From: Asterionella formosa
Taxonomy: Eukaryota
Assembly (NCBI GenBank): GCA_002256025.1
Contig: NKIB01000328.1
Coordinates: 1 to 33,633 of the forward strand
DNA: 33,633 nucleotides
Reading direction: 5' to 3'
Position 1 is the first letter of the stretch; every line of letters starts with the position of its first letter. The notes under the pieces are model-generated. The model was not told the origin of the DNA. It did no database searches and worked only from the letters and a program-made list of their open reading frames with translations. The position numbers and the translations under genes were made by a program. Below are positions 11,671 to 20,738 of this stretch, piece by piece.

Positions 11671-12222
11671 GGTGACAGGTAGCATTGTTATCCCTCACAT
11701 CTGCATATATGGAAGGGAAAGATGTTATGAATATCGAAATCCAAATTATTGGACACAGACACTACAAACCCTCTGCAGCATTGTGCACAAAGATATTAAG
11801 TGCGGTTTCTTACCTCGTAATTTATCGTTTGTCCTGAGGAAGTGTAGAAACTTTGAGTGGTAGCAGCGCACACTAACAGCAATACAATTTTATAGTTTGC
11901 TTCCGGTTTCACACGGTACCGATCATAAGCCCCTTGGTAGCCACAGTTGAGAAGCAAAACAATCATATAACTTATCTCTTCTCACCGGTTGTTGGTTTGA
12001 TACCGGTAGAAGGCTCTCCATCACCATTCCCTCATCAGTTTGTTATGTGGAATAGAATGCACTACCGGCATGAATTTTTTAACAGTATCTCAACATTTCC
12101 TCTTCTTCAAAAAGTATGTATAACATACATCTCTGTATGTCTAGTAACTTTTTCGAAGGAACATCTAATACCCTACCAGTATGTATGATTAGATAAAATA
12201 TACAAGACTTAACAGCAATTCG

Positions 12223-12513
12223 AATACCCGGTACTGTGAAACTGTACCTATTACTACGCTGGTACTGTGAAACTGTAGGTTTGCCCTACCAGCATTCCCT
12301 TCTTCCCCTTGTCTCAATACCCGGTCGGAACATGACGTGGCTACTGTGAAACTGTACCTATCACTACGCTGGTACTGCGAAACTGTAGGTTTGCCCTACC
12401 AGCATTCCCTTCTTCCCCTTGTCTCATTACCCGGTCGGAACATGACGTGGTGGCTACAGTGAAACTGTACCTATTTCTAAGCTGGTACTATGAAACTGTA
12501 GCTTTGCGCTACC
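12223..12513. repeat. Near-perfect tandem repeat, 110/113-bp period, about 2.5 copies, with an internal 15-bp subrepeat
   Basis: TAC(T/A)GTGAAACTGTACCTA starts at 12232, 12342 and 12455. The first two units differ at only a few positions. Confidence 0.95.
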
Positions 12514-13830
12514 AATCTAATGTCTATTACTGAGTATGTCGGTGCTGCATCGCTTCCGATCCAGCACTTGCCCAGTGTATAATCCTATAGTTGACAGACC
12601 ATTATCCCTTTCTGCTTCCTTGTTCTGTTACAGTCACGTTTTTCTTGACAACTTGACATTTGCACGCTATCGATAGTGCCATATATCACTTGTTATCTGG
12701 AATGGCAAATGTTCCGATTGCTACAAGGAATGGAATGATCTCGGTTGTGAAGGGGATACTGATCGCAGATTTTTCAATCAGGAAAAACGTGTTTCTATGG
12801 CGTATTTCATGTCTGATCAAGAGACAACAGAAGAGTAAGGAATGACTCTTGGTTTGATACTTTGATCAGGATGACAAGGCAACAAGGAGAAGAGACTAGT
12901 AGATGACAGTGTCCTGGATTTTGTTCTCAACAAATTCTATGTGGTCCTAGAGTCTGGCTTGTTTAACAAAACATCATTTGAAACTTCAAAGAAATTCATA
13001 TAGGACCAGCGATGATTTTATGGAAAACTCACTTTCCTCGAGATTTTAGACTACATCAGAAAGACAACAATATGCCACGAAATTCACCCATGAACTGCAT
13101 CCAGACTGCTGGTGACCATGTCCTGTTTCAACATTTCCAACACCTTACTGGATAAATGGGACAAATCACTTTCCTCCTCGACCTGTTCTTTATTTACTTT
13201 CCCAATCACTCCTACAATTTCGGAACTCTTTGGTAACAAGTCATGGACTGCTTCTTCCGGATTGGCAACCATTTCTGGAGTTGCCTTTAATTTTGCTTTT
13301 TGCTACACTTCGGAGTGGCGATAACATAAGTGTGGGACAAGCGACACTACATATAGTATTTAAGCTGTATATATAAAGCGGTCACTTTGTGGAAAGTAGT
13401 ATATGTGTGGCAATGGGGTCTGATGTTGCCGATAAAGAGATATCTTAAAACAATGGTAAAGTACAATGTTATTAAGCAAAGTTACGATTGTTATATAAGA
13501 CTGAGATCATCGTTGTCTCCGCAAGAAGGTAGCTCGTATGGGATTGTTCAACAAACGCACATGGCTTGTAAGAAATTCGATTACTGATATGCGAATGGAG
13601 AGATAATGACGAATACTACCGGTACAAGAATTGGATCAAAGCATGTACCGGTAGAGCATTCAAATCGGAATGGCAACAAGGAACTTATCGTTGTTGCACA
13701 GAATTCATTCTGATAGCATCGTTGGGTACAAGGTTTACATACAGCACGTAAGGTGATCTGTGTGAAGTTATAACCTTTGCTAAAACAATAATTGATCAAA
13801 GAACAACAGCTATTGATCAATCAAACAGCG

Positions 13831-14184
13831 TATCAATATATCAAAGCATTTGTTTAGCATATTAGTTTTGATAACTAATATATATGACTTCAATTTATGC
13901 GTAACCTGCCGTGTGTAAGAAAGTAATCTGACAAACAAATTTGATTGACCACACTGACACGGTCATTGATATATCAAAATTATCATCAACATAACACAAC
14001 ATTTGATCAATATATCAACAATTTTGGTTAACCGATAAGATTTTGTAACTAATATATACGAGTTCTTATATACGCAAAACCTAACATGTGTATGCTACTA
14101 ACCTATTGTACAAATTTGATTGATCATACAGACAGCCACTGCCATTGATATATCAAAATTATCATCAACATGTCAAAATATTTG
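13831..14184. repeat. Diverged ~179-bp tandem duplication in the right arm of the TIR element
   Basis: CATTGATATATCAAAATTATCATCAACAT is exact at 13964-13992 and 14143-14171. ATCAATATATCAA, TAACTAATATATA and ACAAATTTGATTGA are also duplicated. Confidence 0.9.
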
Positions 14185-15281
14185 AATGATCAATCAGTTT
14201 TTTAACGTATGCTGAGTAAAATGTTAGATCTAATGGAAAATCTATTCACAGACGCACCCACCTACTACTAGGATGCATAGTCTAGTAGGGACATGAAGAC
14301 ACCACTGTGGTGGTGCAGGTTGGAATTCCTAGTAAATTCGACTTTGCCACCATTCCTCATTCATCCTACTACCCTAGTCTATGATGTCTTCCACTCTAAG
14401 GGGGGGGGGGGTAGATAGAAGAGAGAGTCCTAGGCAAAGCGGCAAGGGCCACTTCTTGAAAGGGTACACATGACCCTCATTTTGTCAAAGCAAGTTTGAG
14501 CTCTGGCAAGGCATTGAACAACCATGGGCAATATGAACATATGCTACCGGTAGCTTCAGATACATAGCATATATTTAAATTGAATAATTGGACCAATCAA
14601 ATAATTTGTATCAATTGCTTCTTTGTTTCTACATAGCTACTCCCTCACACCAATAATAGTTGCATCGGTTTTCCAAACCCCAAGTCCCAAGCAGCTTTTT
14701 TAGGACAGATTACATAGATAACATGCCAATTTTTTACTTAAGAGTCGGCTTACTTGGAAAAATGTGTTTTATATGATTTACATAGATGTGAACATGAAAA
14801 CTGTTTCTGTCTTAAAATCATTAGCATCTAAATAAATTATGGTTCCTTCATTTGAACCCCTATCTCGATCTAGGGTTTGAAAAATAATGCTGATTCAGAC
14901 TAATCAAACACATTCTTTTCTTGTAATAAATTAAATAAGTATTTCAATATTTGGAGCTTTCACCATTGGACACACTTTCCATCTGCTCAGGTATAGTCAA
15001 TTGTCAAAGTATGGGTATCGGACCACTTTATTATATTGTCAGGTTATAGGATCTGGTGAGAAAGTTCAGAAAAGAACTTCGCTCGATTTTTTTAACTATA
15101 CTGAAAATATTGTATCTTTCCCTGGCCAAATGGTTTAATTGGCTTAGTAAAAAACCGAAGTTCCTTTCTGCGCTTGTCGCCAAAAGTTTATTTCTGGGGT
15201 TGTATGAAGATTACCGAAGTATTTTATTCTCATTCAAACCCAGCAATTGTTGAGCAACTGTCGTCCAAAAATGCGACAATA

Positions 15282-15690
15282 TTGGCCTTTTCAACGGTCT
15301 CCAAAATATCGGAAGGAAATGCTTACCTCGCTTGGAAAAACCTGCGAGCTTGCTATTCGCCACACAAAGTCTCGGACTAGTACATCTCTCTATAAGGAGA
15401 TTTCAATCGATGCAGACTTAAAACGACCAGAACGGACCCAGAAAGCAACTTGGTTCATCAAACTTGAAACCTTTGTAACCAGATGCAAATGTTTGATATA
15501 ACGTTGTTCACAAATTCAGATGAAGAGATTGTGGCTCACATCATTGATTGACTTCCTAAGGAATACAGTGACGTAGTCACCACTGTAGTTGAAGGAATAA
15601 AAAATGTGAATTTACAAGAGTTGAAAGGCAAGTTTCGAGCATTTCACAAATGATGATTCAAGAAGGACATGAAGGACAAAGATGAAATTA
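15282..15690 (+). mobile_element. Ty1/Copia LTR-retrotransposon gag fragment (degenerate)
   Basis: Translation across frameshifts and stops: LAFSTVSKISEGNAYLAWKNLRACYSP, GDFNRCRLKTTRTDPES/WFIKLE, SDEEIVAHIID*LPKEYSDVVTTV, LQELKGKFRAFHK**FK. This is the Copia Gag (Retrotran_gag_2/UBN2) pattern. No LTRs or pol were seen. Confidence 0.8.
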
Positions 15691-16892
15691 CTTTTTACGC
15701 AGGAGGAACTGTGGAAAACAAGGACTCAAATCGGCAGATTGCCGATGGAAGACAAACACACCTGCAACAAAGATGGTGGAGGTTGTGAAATCAAAAGCAT
15801 ATCATACTTTGGTAGCCTCAAATATCATGTTAAATTTTTATTGATGTGCTTGTATGTTACAATCATTCTCGTGTGTTTGATGCTTATTTTGCCATCACCG
15901 CTTAATGCATATTATGTATTTCTATACCTGTTTTACATTCTTAATGCCGAAAAGTTTGGTGTGCCCAATATTGCCCCTAAATAAAAAAAATAAATTACTT
16001 AGAACTACCCAAGTGGCAAGACAATAGCTGAAGCGGGAATTGTTGCCAAAACATGTGTCAACATAGTTTTAATTGCTTGTGAAGTGGTAACCATTTGGTC
16101 AAAATTTCTGCCAAATTACTGGACCATGGTTCATGATGAAGTCGTAAGGAACCAGAGAAAACCAATTCATGCATTTTACGACATAGGGTTGACAAAATCA
16201 AATTTGGAGCCTCCATCAAGAATCAGGAATGGTGGTGGGTACCACAGGGAACAGTATTCTAGCTACTACTAGGAAGAGTTCTAATTGGAAATGTATGAAT
16301 TCTGAAGCACTGGGTACAATTACCAGCCAGATTCTCCCCCTGCTATGTTTATGTACCAGTAGTCCCTAGTAGGGTTACAAGCTGTGTGCCTGGCAACAAG
16401 AAGACAGGGCACTGGTACCAGGTAGGATTGCATGGTACAGACTTGAATTGTTAAGAGAAATAGTACCAATTCTGTCCATGACGAAATGTGTGCGATTCTA
16501 TGTAGGTTAGATTTGCCGCTCTACATAGAAGATTTGATTGAAATTACTTATACTATTTTGAAGTACCAAAAAGTCATATCCGAATGATGGATAAATAACA
16601 AATGTAGCTACCAGGTACATGGTTCTATAATGTGACATCGTTGCAAGCCATATACTGGCTTGGTGAAGCTCGCTTTGAGTCAACCAGCATTTAATATAGA
16701 GGAACTCAAAAACTGCATTGTCTCTGGCGAAGACAAACTTCTTTGCATCTCATTCCAAAACTTGGTTGTAGCAAATCATGTCACACACAGTCCCCATATC
16801 AATTCATTGTGCTGGCTATTGCATCAATTGGGGGTTGTTTACATCGTCTAAGAATAAAGTATTGTGAATGAGTAGAGTTGTGAGCCATTCCC

Positions 16893-19637
16893 TCATCTGT
16901 CAGATTGCTTATTTGAAGAAGACTTGCGTCTGGAGTTCAGAAAGCAGTGTTCATTCAGCAATCCGTGCTTTCCAACTATAGGAGGTCGGTCCTCTGCCCG
17001 ACGCCTAAGACATTGTCGCATTGCATCGATCGCGGCTTCATCAGCATGGTCAGGAAAATCGATGACATAATTTGGATTCACAATAGCTTGAAGTTTAGAA
17101 ATCATGTGCAGTTGTGCGAATGGCGTTTGGCCGTATACCATTTGATAGAGAATGCACCCAAGGGACCAGATGTCCGAAGGCGTCCCGCATTTCATTCTTG
17201 CGTTACCTGATCCGGATCCAGTGTCAAGAATGGCCTCAGGGGACATATAGTTCAATGTGCCAATCTGGCTATCCCTATATATATTGGTGGTGTCATCACT
17301 TTGAATGGCTTTCGCAATTCCAAAATCAATTAACTTGAGCGCTCCTCTCACAAAAAGGAAATTGGCAGGTTTCAAATCACCATGAATAATTCGTTCATCA
17401 TGAATACAATGCACTGCATTAAGCATCTGCTGCCATGTCAACCGAATAAAATTCATATTGAGTGGATGTTGCTGCCCTGCAGTTTTGCTGGATGCATTTA
17501 CAGCTTGTTGTTGTAAAACAAAATTGAGGTCAACCTCGCCCACCTCCATAACAAGAAAAATTGCCTTGCGTGACAGATCAACTTCACTATCATACATCTG
17601 AATAATAGCTGGATTTCCCCGAAGGCGCTTCAATAATGCGATTTCATTGGCATAACCATCAATTGCCTTACGATCCATACCACCAAGTTTGACCTTCTTG
17701 ATCGCAAGGACTGTGCAGTCTTTCGACAACGCTCTGTAAACTTTACATGAACCTCCCTTGCCAAGGACACCCAATTTGACGTACGGGGTACCATTGACTC
17801 GCAAAATGTTGCTCTCATTCACAAGCGGGAGAAAATCAACGTTGTGTTGAGCAGCGACAAGCGCAGAACTTGGCGACGACTGCTGTTCTACTTGATTAGG
17901 GGCCATACCATCCTCCGGCTTGAAAGTATGATTGTCGCCTCCATTTTCATTCAAATGTGTCGAATTGTTGCTATCATTAAAATGCGATCTAGATCGGTTA
18001 CCAGAGTACAGTGATCCAGATATTGACGATGACACCGTAACAGCACTTGCACGGGATGAAAGTTCATCGATCTTGGTCAACGGTTGGTCCTTAGTCTTGT
18101 CGGCAATAATGGTTGATGATTTTGCAGTTGCAAGATTCCCACTAATCTCACTAGTGCGTTTGGTAGGATCCCACTGTAGCATGTAGCTGAGATCCATTCT
18201 AGAGATTTTCGTTGCCTCCTGTATTGATGCACATGATTTGCTCTTCAACGCAATGGAACTACCTTCATCTGAGCAATCATTAGTGTCCTGATTGTTGCAC
18301 CCACTGTGAGTTATTCGTACGGCTTGTCCAAGTCCTGCTCGTGAAGCTTTTGCTAGTAGCGACGATCGTTTGGCTTTAGTAGACGACGGCCTCGAGTTTG
18401 CATCTCCTACAACTTTGGGAGTTTTGACTATTTCAGGAATGGCTGCCATCGCTTTCGAGTTGGGTTCCTCAGATTCTTTCACATTTTCTATCTTGTACTC
18501 TGGCACTGAGCTGAGAGATTTTTCTTTATATGATAGTGATGCCGTGCAAATGTCTTCTTTGTTATCTTCTCGAGTGGAGAAGGAGAGGATGTCAGTTCCA
18601 ACTGACATGTTGCTTGCGTCATCATTTTCTTCTGCTTTCGTAGCCATAGTTTTCATATAACTAGAATCAATCTTCTTTAAGCACTTGGGGGATAAACCTT
18701 GTTCACTTTTACGCTTCAAACCTGATGAAAATAATGCGCTAGATGAAGATGCTAAGGGTGGAACTAAATTGTATCTTCGCTTCTCCACAGAATTTTTAAC
18801 AGTGCTTGACTCCAAAGCATGCAGCTTCAGCAACAAATCGGAAATAGGCTCTGCTTTTTGTTCGATTCCAGACTTGATAACTTCGATGGCTCTTTTTATG
18901 TCAAGCTTCTCCTCAAAGTCGGCAAAGTTGATGTAGAACGATGCTTTTGTTGAACCTAGATTCTGATTTTGAATATATTTGAAGGTGGATCGCGCATCGT
19001 CGACTGTTCCATATAAAGCTTGTACATGTGCATATGAGATCCATACTTCCAATATCTGTTTTGCCTGAGACTGCTGACCTAATCCTTGGTGGAGGGACTT
19101 GGGGAATCTAGATGTTGCTCGACGATGAAGTCTCATGAGGTCGCTGACCAGACATGGTTTGGACGACAATGTAGTCGCTGCAACTGTGCTTGTAGCCGCA
19201 TCCAGAACCTTCATCCATGCGTTAGCATCATCAGCAAGCGTTCCGGTTGCAATTTCATGGCAAAGTTGACGATGAGCAGGTGAACTTTGTTCGTTGAGCA
19301 AGAAGAGAGCGTCTAATGTCTCGGCGTAGCGAAGCACTCGACGTTGGCTATTGTGCAAACCTTGCCGATTTTCCAGAGCTGGACTATCCATCATTTCGTA
19401 ATTCATTGGAGCGATAATGGGTTCTCCTAGCGTCGCTTTGCTTCCTCCCAGTCTGCTGGAAGGTATATTCCGTAATGATAAAACTTTGGAAGGTCTCGTC
19501 GTTGTCGTTCCATCTTTCCTCTTATTGAAGCCCTCCACACAACTCTGGTTCTCCTTATCAGAGGAAATCGACGAAGGGAGGGGAGGAATAAGTGGCAGCT
19601 GCTGCAGTCCCCGTTTGTTCGAAAAGTCCATTGTCAT
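16893..19637 (-). CDS. MPS1: Dual-specificity spindle-checkpoint kinase MPS1/TTK, single exon, 914 aa
   Basis: C-terminal kinase with LGKGGSCKVY, AIKKV, HGDLKPANFL, LKLIDFGIAKAIQSDDTTNIYRDSQIGTLNYMSPEAI and SDIWSLGCILYQMVYGQTPF (MPS1-type activation loop). The N-terminal part has a TPR-like block, VWISYA..DDARSTFKY..ASFYINFADFE..GIEQKAEP. Confidence 0.95.
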   Translation of the reverse strand: MTMDFSNKRGLQQLPLIPPLPSSISSDKENQSCVEGFNKRKDGTTTTRPSKVLSLRNIPSSRLGGSKATLGEPIIAPMNYEMMDSPALENRQGLHNSQRRVLRYAETLDALFLLNEQSSPAHRQLCHEIATGTLADDANAWMKVLDAATSTVAATTLSSKPCLVSDLMRLHRRATSRFPKSLHQGLGQQSQAKQILEVWISYAHVQALYGTVDDARSTFKYIQNQNLGSTKASFYINFADFEEKLDIKRAIEVIKSGIEQKAEPISDLLLKLHALESSTVKNSVEKRRYNLVPPLASSSSALFSSGLKRKSEQGLSPKCLKKIDSSYMKTMATKAEENDDASNMSVGTDILSFSTREDNKEDICTASLSYKEKSLSSVPEYKIENVKESEEPNSKAMAAIPEIVKTPKVVGDANSRPSSTKAKRSSLLAKASRAGLGQAVRITHSGCNNQDTNDCSDEGSSIALKSKSCASIQEATKISRMDLSYMLQWDPTKRTSEISGNLATAKSSTIIADKTKDQPLTKIDELSSRASAVTVSSSISGSLYSGNRSRSHFNDSNNSTHLNENGGDNHTFKPEDGMAPNQVEQQSSPSSALVAAQHNVDFLPLVNESNILRVNGTPYVKLGVLGKGGSCKVYRALSKDCTVLAIKKVKLGGMDRKAIDGYANEIALLKRLRGNPAIIQMYDSEVDLSRKAIFLVMEVGEVDLNFVLQQQAVNASSKTAGQQHPLNMNFIRLTWQQMLNAVHCIHDERIIHGDLKPANFLFVRGALKLIDFGIAKAIQSDDTTNIYRDSQIGTLNYMSPEAILDTGSGSGNARMKCGTPSDIWSLGCILYQMVYGQTPFAQLHMISKLQAIVNPNYVIDFPDHADEAAIDAMRQCLRRRAEDRPPIVGKHGLLNEHCFLNSRRKSSSNKQSDR

Positions 19638-19789
19638 TACCTTGTCATGCGTATACCCAGCGATCTATATTTATGTAGGGGGTGATTGATGTACTCCAGT
19701 AGATAATATTTCACCACCACCAGGAATACTAGGGTAACAGGAGGTACCTGGTAACCAGCTACAGTAAAAGTAATTGCCGGTAAATGAAT

Positions 19790-19803
19790 TTCAAATTCGC
19801 CCG
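19790..19803 (-). promoter_or_regulatory. Possible E2F/CDE-CHR-like cell-cycle promoter element (CGGGCGAATTTGAA)
   Basis: TTTGAA directly preceded by GGGCG on the MPS1 sense strand, about 155 bp upstream of the ATG. The motif is short and its function is only inferred. Confidence 0.3.
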
Positions 19804-19911
19804 TTTTGTTTCGTTGTTGTTTGCTTGTGATTTTGTCGTTCTTTTGTTAGCATGCATCATCTAGGTATCCACTTACGTCTGCGCGATCCCGCTCAACTAC
19901 ACACACACCTA

Positions 19912-19927
19912 TAGGGTTAGGGTTAGG
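19912..19927 (+). repeat. Short interstitial telomeric-type repeat TAGGGTTAGGGTTAGG
   Basis: About 2.7 tandem TTAGGG units, 275 bp upstream of MPS1. Confidence 0.6.
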
Positions 19928-20187
19928 ATAGATTGTATCAAACTGAGAGAACTCGAGTAACACCTATTGAATACTTTAGTGTCAACCTAGAAGAACGAGT
20001 TGCACACAAGGGTTTACTAATAAGCTCATATATTCAACAAATACTACTACTTCTAGTTAGATAGAAAGATTAAAATTGGCAACTACATTTGAAAAAATTG
20101 TTTTTCGGCTTTTTCGACTTTCACTTATGGCTATCTCAAGTAAAATGAAGATCCATGATGTGGTATGTCGAGCATCAACAGGGGAGG

Positions 20188-20349
20188 GTGTCAGAGTGTT
20201 TCTGTTAGGCTGTTGATGTCGACAGGTGTCCGAAGTCTAGGTAGTCAGAGGAATGTCTACACGGAAATTGACAGGATTTACATACAGTAGCAGAATAATA
20301 TTACACAAACGAGAGGCGCGAGAAAGATCTTGACCGGTCATTCCAAGGC
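20188..20349 (+). repeat. Long inverted repeat, left copy (partner at 32279-32444)
   Basis: 35-bp perfect inverted match between 20201-20235 and 32397-32431, a 40/44 block at 20306-20349, and alignable sequence between the two blocks. Confidence 0.95.
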
Positions 20350-20696
20350 GCCATATATTTCAACGGTCCCTTTTCACAAAAATCAGCCACTAACAGCTAA
20401 TGGGCGACGTCAGACCGGAAGATCTAATATTATATCTACTTAGCGGTATTTGTAGATCATACGAATAATATTCATAATGCATGCCGATTTTATTTTATAT
20501 ACTCTTAGGTCGGCATTGCTTATATACCGGTATTAGTCTAAAACATCGTTTCGAAAAACTCCGTCGTTCGTCCATCCTCAAAATAGCTCAACGTGATCAA
20601 CACAAAAAAGGCTGAATATAACTGTTTCAACAACATCGAAACAATCTAATGGCTGTAATTTGATTTTTAATCAGATAAATAGATAGTAGTGGCAGT

Positions 20697-20697
<1 letters not shown>

Positions 20698-20727
<30 letters not shown>
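20698..20727. repeat. (ATC)10 microsatellite
   Basis: Perfect trinucleotide run ending 11 bp before the predicted ATG at 20739. Confidence 0.95.
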
Positions 20728-20738
20728 GTGGTAAAGCA

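Larger units (their letters stand above)
10664..14254. mobile_element. Degenerate ~3.6-kb terminal-inverted-repeat element, superfamily unassigned
   Basis: The left end GTCTGTAAAT...CCATTAGGCCTAACAGTTTT (10665-10701) matches the reverse complement of the right end GTCTGTGAAT...CCATTAGATCTAACATTTT (14218-14253). Further inverted matches are CTCAGTATAACGT/CTCAGCATACGT and AAAAAACTGATTGAT. Both arms are rich in TGAT(T)GATCA. No TSD and no transposase were recognised. Confidence 0.65.

Noticed and set aside
12223..12513. CRISPR-like appearance of the recurring TACTGTGAAACTGTA
   Set aside because: The intervening sequences are repeated rather than unique, there are no cas genes, and the context is eukaryotic.
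14400..14411. Poly-G run as a polypurine tract or G-quadruplex
   Set aside because: No LTR pair could be identified around it; it is a simple homopolymer.
5704..19637. TBCC and MPS1 as a functional mitosis cluster
   Set aside because: They are two genes 10 kb apart among unrelated genes, with no evidence of co-regulation.
16947..19689. Short plus-strand ORFs antisense to MPS1, and similar ones opposite other genes
   Set aside because: These are shadow ORFs of real coding sequence and have no motifs.
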